From Camelus dromedarius (lineage: Eukaryota): 64,000 bases of DNA. Under the pieces are notes generated by a model that was not told where the DNA came from, did no database searches, and was given only the letters and a program-made list of their open reading frames with translations. Below, piece by piece: positions 26,203 through 36,126 of this stretch (position 1 is its first letter; every line of letters starts with the position of its first letter). The position numbers and the translations under genes were made by a program. The stretch spans positions 72,294,001 to 72,358,000 of the forward strand of contig NC_087436.1 in NCBI RefSeq assembly GCF_036321535.1, written 5' to 3'.

Positions 26203-26398
26203 CTTTTTTATTTTTAACATTTTTATTGAGTTATAGTCATTTTACAATGTTGTGCCAAATTCCAGTGTAAAGCACAATTTTTCAGTTATACAAGAATGTA
26301 CATGCATTCATTGTCACATTTTTTTTCACTGTGAGCTATATATTTCCCTGTGTTATACAGTATAATCTTGTTTATCTATTCTGCATATTCCTGTCAGT
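26203..26398 (-). mobile_element. Short young L1 3' end
   Basis: Reverse complement of the L1 3'UTR at about 1195-1400. Confidence 0.85.
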
Positions 26399-26794
26399 AG
26401 ATCTTGACAGGACAAGGGCTGTTGTAATCTGAACTTCATTCAGATTCTTTGTAGGTTATCTATACTGTAAGTATAGTTAGAGCTTGAGAGTTTCTGTTAT
26501 AACCTTGAGTGGGATTATATAGATGGGCACAAAAGCCAAAAGCAAATACTGTCTAAGGAAAAGCATCTTGATTCCATACGTTCTACAAACACGACCTTTG
26601 GAAAGATGAATAGGCATTGTTATGACTCCTTTCTGTGAGTTACTAACTGCAACTGGCACTGCGCCCTTCACAATTAAGCAGTTTCACCCCTAGGAAATAA
26701 TGGGTTCATTTCTCTGTTCAACAAATTCATCTTATCCGTCCCCAAACACCCAACTAAAACAAAGCTTGAAAAACAGATCCAGCTTCCTTGTTGG

Positions 26795-26905
26795 CTTGCA
26801 AGTGACACACACGCCACTTGATAAGCTGTTCCTTTTATCCTTCAGTGGGAAAAGAGTGCAAGAACAACCAAGAATAGGAGGGTCACAGAGAGCACATAAA
26901 CGAGG
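26795..26905 (+). promoter_or_regulatory. Putative relic promoter of the CXCL15-like gene
   Basis: CATAAA at 26895-26900, inverted CAAGTG/CACTTG pair (26799-26804, 26815-26820) and GATAAG (26820-26825). Confidence 0.4.
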
Positions 26906-27849
26906 GCTGCAGCGTCGATTCCACCTTTCAGACAAGGATCAAGATCAGGCACAGACACGGCTGCTGAGAGCTCTCACATGCTTCTGCTGGCTGTCCCTGT
27001 CCTGGTATCTCTGGTGAGGCAATCGTGGCTTTTATCTTTTGCTTTTAGGCACTGAAAAAATTCAGAAAAGTTTCCATATCCCATGAAATTGAATCTGGTA
27101 TTAAGGCAAAATGTAGAAACTATAAAATTAAAACTTGAAAAGAACACATATTTAGATGGTCGAATATCAAAAAATTCTTATTGAGTTAAATTTTTAAAAT
27201 CTGTTGAACTTCCTACAAATATCTGAATATAAGGGCCTGAGCTTTCCTTATTAGAGACAGTGGAGCATTATTACAAATAGGTTTAGGGGGTGATGGTAGG
27301 TGGATAGAAACTGTCACATTCAGCTGATAGAATTCACATAAAATCTTTGTGTTTACAATGTTTTACTGACGGAAATCAAGTTGATTTAACCATTAAGTAA
27401 GTTGTCTTATTGACCATACATATTTTTAAGCAATAAATTATTCATCTAGAGTCCTTCCCCATTTCTCAAACACAGTAGATGCTTCATAGAAGTTCATTGA
27501 CCATAATACCAGATGATTAGAATTGTGTGACTGTCCCCCTAAATATTTCTAACAGCACTTGTTTTGTCAGTTGAGTGTCCTGCTGCACGATTTCAAACTT
27601 CAGTTAAAGAATTAAGCTTCATAGCTGTCTTTGTTCTTAGTGTTTGCTATATTTTTTTCTCACACAGCTGATATTGTGAGAGCTAAGATTTGTGATGTCA
27701 GTGTATTCAGACACATTCTGACTTTATTTCTCCCAAATTCAGCACAAATGTCCAGGTGATAGCTGAAGGTGGTTATTGTAACAGCAAAACAATCAGGTAA
27801 GTAATAAAGATGTGGGGGGAGAATGAAAGCTTCTAATACTGGGCTTTTC

Positions 27850-28955
27850 TTTTTTAAAAAACTTTCCCCCCAGTTTTATTGAAATATAATTGACATATAT
27901 CACTGTATAAGTTTAAGGTATACAGCATAATGGTTTGAATTACATGTATTGTGAAATGATTGCTGCAGTAAATTTAGTTAGCATCTATCATCTCTTATAG
28001 ATACAATAAAAAGAAAAAGCAAAAAATGAAAAATAATTTTCCTTGTGATGAGAACTCAAGATCTACTCTCTTAAAAGCTTTTATATATATCATACATCAG
28101 TGTTAACTGTATCATCGTTTTTTAAAATCTTTTTTTAATGGAGGTACTGGGGGCTGAACCCAAGACCTCCCATGTAGACTAAGCATGCACTCTACCACTG
28201 AGCTATGCCCTCCCCTCAGACAGTATATTCTCTGTACTTATTTACCTTATAACTGGATGTTTGTACCTTTTGATCAACTTTATCCAATTCCCTTACCCCC
28301 CCATTCCCTGCCTCTGGTAACCACATAAATGATTTCTTTCTCTATGACTTTTTTTTAATTAGATTCCATATATAAGTGAGATCATACAGTATTTGTCTTT
28401 CTTGGACTTATTTCACTTAGCATAATGCCCACAAGGTCAATTCCTGTTGTTGCAAATAGTGGAATTTCCTCGTTATTTATGGCTGAATAATATTCTACTG
28501 TATATACATTTACCATAACTTCTTTATTCATTGATCCCTGGCTGGACAGTTATTTTGTTTCATGTCTTGGCTATTGTAAATAACACTGCTGTGAATATGA
28601 AGGTTAGTTTTAAGTTAGTGTTTTCATTTCTTTAGGTTATATTCTCAGAAGTGGAATTGCTGGGTCAGATAGTACTTCTATTTTTAATATTTTGAGGATC
28701 CTTCATATACTGTTTTCCATAGGGGCTGCACCAATTTACATTCCCACCAAAAGTACACGAGGGTTCTCTTCTTCACATCCTTGCCAGCATTTGTTAGCTC
28801 TTATCTTTTTGATGATAGCCATTCTAACAGGTGATATCTCACTGTGGTTTTGATTTGCATTTCCCTAGTGACTAATGATGTTGAGCTTTTTTTCACGTAC
28901 CTGTGGACCATTTGTATATCTTCTTTAGAAAAATGTCTATTCAAATCTTTTGCAG
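27850..28955 (-). mobile_element. Antisense L1 3' fragment in CXCL15-like intron 2
   Basis: L1 3'UTR and ORF2 end on the minus strand, TSD tgggcttttc (27840-27849/28959-28968). Confidence 0.88.
28118..28217 (-). mobile_element. tRNA-derived SINE nested in L1
   Basis: atggaggtactgggggctgaaccc..ctctaccactgagctatgccc. Confidence 0.85.
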
Positions 28956-29409
28956 TCATGGGCTTTTCAAAGCTGGTGTTTTCTTATAAAATGTGCTAGA
29001 TTGAGAGTACAGGAGACCAGGGCTCTGAGCATTATCCCTGCACAGTATGGGAAGACAATTGCCCAGTGTTTACGCTCTCATTTCTGAAAATACCATGTAC
29101 CCTTCCAAAAAAAATAGGTCCTCAACTGGGAACATGGTTAGGAAGTGAATTCTGATTGAACCTTGAATTCAATGAACACATACAATAAACAAAGATATAT
29201 GATCCTTAGTAAAGAATCATGAGTAATTCTTGATTGTCTGGAAATCTCTCTATTACACACTTGGATATACAATAAGTTCAATATACCCTGGTGACTCCAG
29301 AGGCTGATGATAACTTTCTAAAGCATCAGCCTACAAATACAGAGCTTAGAATCTGTGGGGAACACTTTTGCATTTCATGGAAACTTTTTGTTGTGAACTC
29401 TATTATACA

Positions 29410-30225
29410 TACAGTTTTAGCTGTTCACTGTTAAGTAAAAAAAATCCCTGCAATTTAGTGGCTTAAAACAAACCTATTTATTATCTCATAGTTCTTTCTG
29501 TAGGTCAGCAGTACAGGTGGCTTGATGAGATTGTCTGCTTATGGTTCCTTTTTTTTCTTTTTTTAATTGAATATAATTGACATAAAACATTGTATAAGTT
29601 TAAGGTGTAGAACTTGTTGGTTTGATATGTTTATATTTTGCAATATGATTACCACCATGGCATTAGCAAACAACTCCATCCCATCACTTTATTATTATTG
29701 TTGTTGTTATTGTTTGTTTGTTTGTTTATTTATTGTAGTGAGGACTGCTTAGGGTTTCATAAGACTAAAGTTAAGGTGTCAGCTGGTCTGAAGTCTCACT
29801 TGGAGGCTTTAGGGAGGAATCCATTTCCAAGGTTACTTATGTTGTTGCCTGAATTCACTTCTTTGCAGCTGTAGGATTGACGTATCCACATTCTTACTGA
29901 CTGTTACTCTCAGCTCTGAGAGGTTTCTTTCATATCTGCTTTGCATTGAATGGATCTCATGCTTCAAATATCTCTGATTTTTTCTCTTCTGCTACGAGCA
30001 GAGAACATTCTCTGCTTTTAGGGACCATGCAATTACTTTAGGCCCACCTAAATAATTATTCTTTGGGTTAATTTAGTTAACTGATTAGTAACCTTAATTA
30101 TATCTATAAAATCCCTTTTGCCAAGTGATGTGACAATCATGGTTGTAATATCTCATCATATTCATACTCCTGGGGTTAGGGAGGGAAACTTGGTGAGCCT
30201 TTTTAGGATTCCACCTAGCATACAT
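29410..30225 (-). mobile_element. MLT1-like LTR interrupted by a short L1 3' end (about 29548-29750)
   Basis: tttagtggcttaaaaca..aaggtgtcagctggtctg..ggattccacctagca, with an intervening L1 tail. Confidence 0.6.
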
Positions 30226-30361
30226 ACAAAAGAGTATATGAATTCATATACATACCTATGACTTAAAGATTGGTAATAGAATAAATACCTGCTCACCTGC
30301 TTCCCAGGCAAAAATCTAGGATATAATTAGTACATCAAAAGCCTCCATATGTGAGATTCAT

Positions 30362-30742
30362 ATTATGAGCTGAATTGTCTTTCCTCAGTTCATGTGTTAA
30401 AGTCTTAACCTTCAATACCTCAGAACGTGACTGCAGGTAGGGTCTTTAAAGACCTAATTAAGGTTAAATGAGGTCATAAGGGGGGCTCTAATCCAATATG
30501 ACTGGTGTCCTTCTAAGAAGAGGGAGAGACACCAGGGATGTGCACACACAGAGAAAAGACCCTGTGAAGACAGTGAGAAGGTGGCCGTCTGTGAGTCAAG
30601 GCAAGAGGCCTCAGAAGAAACCAAATCTGCCAACACTTCGACCTTGAACCTCTCGCCTTATAACTGTAAGGCAATGAATTTCTGTTGTTTAAGCCATTCA
30701 GGCTATGGTATATTGTTACGGCCACCCTGGCAAACTAGCACA
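30362..30742 (+). mobile_element. MaLR MLT1B-like LTR
   Basis: tgagctgaattgtc..aggttaaatgaggtcataag..ctaatccaatatgactggtgtcctt..gcaaactagcaca. Confidence 0.82.
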
Positions 30743-30871
30743 CCTCCCAACTCATAGATCCACCCCCTCCAAGAAGTGACTATCATTTTAAACTGTGTTA
30801 TTTCTTGTATTTTAAAAATAGTTTTACCACCTATGTATGGAACCCAAAACAACTATTATTTATCTTGCCTG

Positions 30872-31209
30872 TGTTATGGACTGAATGTGTTCTTCCCCTT
30901 TAAATTCATATGTTGAAATCCTATTCCTCATTGTGTTGGGGCCTTTGGGAACTGATTAGTTGGAGCCCTCATCAATGGAATTTGTGCCCTTCTAAAAGAG
31001 ATCCCGGAGAGCTCCCTCCCATGTCTACCACGTGAGGACCCTGCAAGAAAACGGCCATCTATAAACCAGAAAGTGAGTCCTTGCCGGACACCAAGTGTGC
31101 CAACACTTTTTGATCTTCAAATTCCCAGTCTTCAAAACTGTGAGTGTTTGCTGTTTAAGTCACCAGCCTATGGTATCTAAGCTAGAGCAGCTGGAATGGA
31201 CTAGGACAG
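30872..31209 (+). mobile_element. MaLR MLT1A-like LTR
   Basis: tgttatggactgaatgtg..aattcatatgttgaaatcc..ggactaggaca. Confidence 0.8.
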
Positions 31210-32960
31210 TCTGCTTTTGAACTTCAGGTCAGTGGAATCATGCTAAATGTATTTTTCTGTGACTTGCTTCTGTTATTCGATATTATATTCTGCAACACAT
31301 GAATTTTGATGTGTTTAGCTATAGTCTATTCAATTTAGCTATAGTCTATTCAATTTAAGGAATACTAAATCAGTAAATATAATGTTTATTTATCTAAACC
31401 ATCATGGGTGCACATTTGGATTCCTTCCAGATTTTTGATATTATCAATGTTTGTTATCTGTCTCCTAGGTCATGTCTATGAAAGTTTCTCTAGGAATTAC
31501 TTGCTGGGTTTAGGGTTGCACATCCTCAGCCTTACTAGGTGATGCCATAGTCTATTACAAAGTAGTTGTACCAACTGACACTCCATTCTACGTGAAATTA
31601 TCTGTTGCTTCTCATACTGGCCAATACCTGGTATTGTTAATCTGAAGGGTATATAATGGTATCTTTTAATTTCCATTTCTCTATTATTAATGAGGTTGAA
31701 TTTTTTTCATGTATTTATAAGCATTTGTGTTTCCTCTTTTGTAAAATTCCCATTAATTTCTTTGCTTCTTTTCCTATTTGAATACTATTTTTCCCCCTGT
31801 TGCCTCACAGGTATTCTTTACATATTCTGGATATTAATCCCTCATCAGATTCATGGATAGCAAAACTCATTTTCCAACTTGTGGTTTATATTTTCATTCC
31901 TTCTGTGATGTCTTTTCAATTAATAGAAGCTTGTGCTTTTAATATACTTGAGATTAGCAATATGCTCTTTTCTAATTAGCACTGTTAGTTTCTTATTTCA
32001 AAAAAACTTTCCTTCACAGAATTCATAAAAAATATTCTTCTGTATTGTCTCCTAAAATTTTTATGCTTTTTCCCTCTGTATTTAAGGCTTTAATCCACAT
32101 GGAATTGATTTTTATATGTGATTTGAGGGAATTATCCAATTTTATTTTATTTTTCTATATGGTTCATCAATTGTTCAAACACTACATATTAAAATATCAC
32201 TTTCCCACTGGTCTACAATCCTACTTCTGCTGTAAACTGAGTTCCCCTCAATTTTTAGGGATTGTTCTGATCTCCCTATTCTGTCCCATTAATCAATTTG
32301 TCTATACTTGTATACCATCTTCATTATTTTTGTAATACTTCTTAACATAAGAAAAATTTCCCTATTTTCTTTAAAGTGGTTTTTCCTTCCTTGGACTTTT
32401 GCCCTTCCATATAAATCTTAGAAGCATCTTGCAATTTGCACTAGTTAAATTATAATTTTGTGTGGAATTTCTTTGAAATTATAGATTAATTTGTGAATTA
32501 CTGACATCTTTAGGATTCTGCGTTTTCTATTTCAAGATTATAGAAAGTTCCCAGTTTATTGAGACCTTATGTAATGTCTTCAAACAACCTCTTATAATTT
32601 TATCTATAAAGATCTTCCTTTTTTTAATTATAAAAACTCATTTATAGTCACTTTATTGTTTTGATGCTATTGTAAAGGATAGCATTATAGAATTTCATAT
32701 TCCAGCTGGCATTAACATTTAGACATAAAATTTTGTATAGATTTGTAACCATCAACCCTTCACTCACATAATCACATCATTTGGGAACAATGGCAGTTTA
32801 GTGTCCTCCTTTGGAAATCTTGTAACTCTTATCTTTCTAGTTTTGTTCATAGCAGGCACCCTTGTCTTGTATCTTCATCTAAAAGGAATATTTCAAGTTT
32901 TCACTATTATGCGTGATGTTCTGTGGCCATCCTTGTATTGATAATTTGCTAAGGAGTTAT
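31210..32960 (-). mobile_element. Ancient L1M(E) fragment, antisense
   Basis: T-rich decayed ORF2 3' end motifs (catattctggatattaatcc, ttaatccacatggaattgattttt). Confidence 0.7.
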
Positions 32961-33741
32961 TATTATGTTATCATTATAATTTTTATTATGATCTGTTCCT
33001 CATGTAATGAACTTCAAAGGAATGGAGCTTTGTGATTTTGTTAAGTGCAGTTGAAAACTACAGAATTAATTCAAATAAAGAATTTATGCTCTCCTTCTCT
33101 CTTCCAGTAGTAAATGAAGCTTTAATGAGATCCTGAAAGCTAACCAAATTAGCAGAGGTATAATGATAAAGAATATACAGTAAGTGATTGATAACTGGCA
33201 GCCTAGAAGATCCTCTCCATATACAGATTTTCTGGAATCTGTCAATATACATTATACATTGTAAGTCCAATAAATGTTCACTGATTGGTTGATTATCTCA
33301 AAAGACTCTAAGAAAAGATTTTTATCTTCTAGTTGATATTTTAAAAATTTGTCACATGCACTGATATGAGTAAAAGTTATATTCTAATAACATGATTATT
33401 GTAGTTTGAGAAATCTTTGTGTTCAAGCATATGAATTTCATGTTACAGAAATTTTAATGAATAAATGTAAAGTATTATTAAAATAAATACAGTTATTATT
33501 TAACCAAAATACTCTTTTCTTTTCAGTCACATTGAAAAGTGGAAAATTAATTTGTTTGTATCCTGAGGCCAAATGAGTGATTAACTATTACCAAAAAGAT
33601 TATGAGCAGGTATAATTAATTCCAAGGATTCTCATATTTATAGTGTCTCTCTTTTCTTTTAATTAAAGATATATTTAGAAATATATACAAACTCTGCTGT
33701 AGATTAGAATAAAATTACAATAAGGCTAGAATAAGCTTGTA

Positions 33742-33917
33742 CCAGGAAATCTGAAAGTGTGGTTCCAAGAGCAAGAGAATTATCCTTACCTAGCAACTTG
33801 TTAGAAATTCTAATTCTCAGGCCACACCTAAGAAACTCTGGGGATGGGCCCCAAAGTCTGTATTTTAACAAGCCCTCCAGGTGATTCTGATGCACTCCGC
33901 AGTTTGAGAACCATTGG
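33742..33917. mobile_element. MER5A-like hAT MITE in CXCL15-like intron 3
   Basis: ttttaacaagccctccaggtgattctgatgca..agtttgagaacca. Confidence 0.8.
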
Positions 33918-35799
33918 TTCAAATGTTCTATTTAACATGATATCCAAGTTGACCTACTTGTGAATATCCCCATTGGATAAAAAGGTGATTTAAAATTGCT
34001 AGATGCTGCCTTACACAGACCAGCAAGGCAGGAAACAGAGCCATTTGATGAAAGAAATTTTAAGAAAAAACTACCCCCCTTGAAAAAAAAATTGGGAGCA
34101 CAATATTTCTAGAAATTAAACTCCAAATAAAATTCAAAAATTGGTGAATGGAGAAGATACAATAAAGATAGGCAGGTGAAAAAGGGAGTGTATTTGGATT
34201 AACTTCTGAAAAAAACATAGTTTTTTTTTTTTTTTTAAGTCATTGCAGTGAGTAAGACCACTTACAATGGAAGAACTTAAAATGGTGATCACTTATAATG
34301 GAAAAACTAAATTCTGTAGATTTTTAATTAAAAAATAGAAAAGAAACAAAATGAAGGTATGTGGAGGCTATGATTCACCTGAGAGTCACCTTGGCAGTTG
34401 AGTGGTATAATGTTCTGGGAAGAGCTTGGGTTTTAATTCCTTGAGCTGTGGTTTAGTATTCCAGATCCATAGCTATGTCATTCTGGATAATTCACTTAAC
34501 ACTGGGGATTTACATGCTTCCATTTGTTCTTACTTTGTTCTATTAAGGGAGAAGTAGAGCTAATACATGTAATTAATAATGGCCATTATTAATTTTCAAC
34601 TTAACCAAATACATGGGCTTTTTCTTTATTCTTTAGGGGTTTTTTTCCTTACATGGGACCACAAGTGAGTAATCCTGTGTATCTGTATAGTTACATGTCA
34701 CTCTCCTTGTACTGTAGATCCCCTAACTGATGACCACACAAGGAACATCACATTCTATGAGTTTCAAGATGAGCCCTTGGTATCATCGTGAGCTCAGACA
34801 TCCTGCAGATTTTCCTTTGAAAATAGCACCTACTTATGCTAACTTAGGACTGGTATGAGATGCTTTCTCTACTTATTCTGGAGACTTAAGCATTGCATTC
34901 AGACAGGTGATTGGCTGCTTGTGCTGGGGATAATGAGGGGAGAGGTAATAAAATTTCCATTATGTAGGAAGGATTATCTCCTGAACTCATACAGTAGATG
35001 AGAGATTTCCCCGTTAGGCTCAGTATCTCTTCGCAGATTCTGCCTTCTCCACGATGTCGCCTGCCACCCTATAGTCCATTTAACTTCCTGGTTGACTTTG
35101 ACATTTGATCACTGTTTTTCTCTCTGCTTCTTCCTTTCATATCATCCTTAATGACATTAGTATATTTCTTTATTAACTTATCAGCACTCTGATCTCTTGA
35201 TTGCTCAACATTTTGCATCCCAAAGGCTTTAAATCTCCTCCCTATTTTTAGTCACCCACGACCTTGGATCTCAGCATAAAATAAGGCTGTTTATCTGTAG
35301 TCTTCAAAACTAAAATGCTTCTTTTAGGGAAATTTTCATTTATTATAAGATCTGAAGTAAGTATGCATTTAAGATGGAAATGGGATGTCATACAGTTGTA
35401 TAACAGAATCGTCTTAGATTGTAATAACTTACTTTAATATGTAGTTTAGTAGTAAGCAAATCTAATAGATCATCAGCTTAATTACATCAACCAAAAATTG
35501 AACTGAGTCAACCTAGGAAACTGTAAGGTTGTCCTGTGGGATGAGAAGAGGGAGGGAATTTAAGACCATTAAGATCCAGGGCAGATCACAAGAATGCTGC
35601 CTTGGAAAGATAAGGCAGAAAACACAGAACTAAAGCTATGTTGTAATCATTTATATCTTCTTGGTAGAATTTCTGCAGATGTAACACCAGAGTAAGTGGA
35701 TAAATATCCTTTTTTTTTTCTGTTTCTGAAGAAAAAAATGTGTTAACCAATGAATGATGTTCTCATGGAGCTAGTAAACAGAAATGCTGCTTCTGAAAG

Positions 35800-36126
35800 T
35801 GTCTTTGTCAGTTGGGGCTGCTATATTACAATAGACTGGGTGGCTAAACAACAACTCTGGAGACCAGGAGTCCAAGGTCAGGGTGCTAGCAAGGTCGGGT
35901 TTTTGGTGAAGACCCTCTTCCTGGTTTCCAGATGACCACCTTCTTGCTGTGTCGTCACATGGTGGAGAGAGCTAGCTCTCTGGCCTTTTCTTATAATTAC
36001 ATTCATAAAGTCTCCACCCTCATGACTTAATTACTTCCCAAAGGCCCCACCTTCAAATACCATCAAACTGGGATTAAGGTTTCAACATACAAATTTTCGA
36101 GGGACACAAACATTTAGTCCGTAGCA
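35800..36126 (-). mobile_element. MaLR MLT1A-like LTR
   Basis: tagactgggtggctaaaacaac..gggacacaaacatttagtccgtagca. Confidence 0.78.

Larger units (their letters stand above)
26957..34733 (+). pseudogene. CXCL15: Unprocessed CXCL15 (lungkine)-like chemokine pseudogene; exons 26957-27013, 27668-27796, about 33527-33609, 34718 onward
   Basis: Exon 1 (ACG)AAESSHMLLLAVPVL.., exon 2 CES*DL*CQCIQTHSDFISPKFSTNVQVIAEGGYCNSKTI, exon 3 TLKSGKLICLYPEAK*V..TITKKIMSR, exon 4 SPN*. All four Cys and GT/AG sites remain. It resembles recalled mouse Cxcl15 (MAAQGWSMLLLAV..CDTQELRCLCIQEHSEFIP..YCNRKEVI..MICLDPDAPWV). Several stops and frameshifts. Exon 4 is the least certain. Confidence 0.85.

Noticed and set aside
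26700..27017. 105-aa ORF overlapping the relic promoter and exon 1
   Set aside because: Different frame from the signal-peptide homology, with no recognisable domain.
26978..27700. Rescue of the CXCL15-like gene from the in-frame ATG at 26978
   Set aside because: Splicing 27013 to 27668 reaches TGA at 27677-27679 at once, and the homologous frame also has stops at 27684 and 27693.
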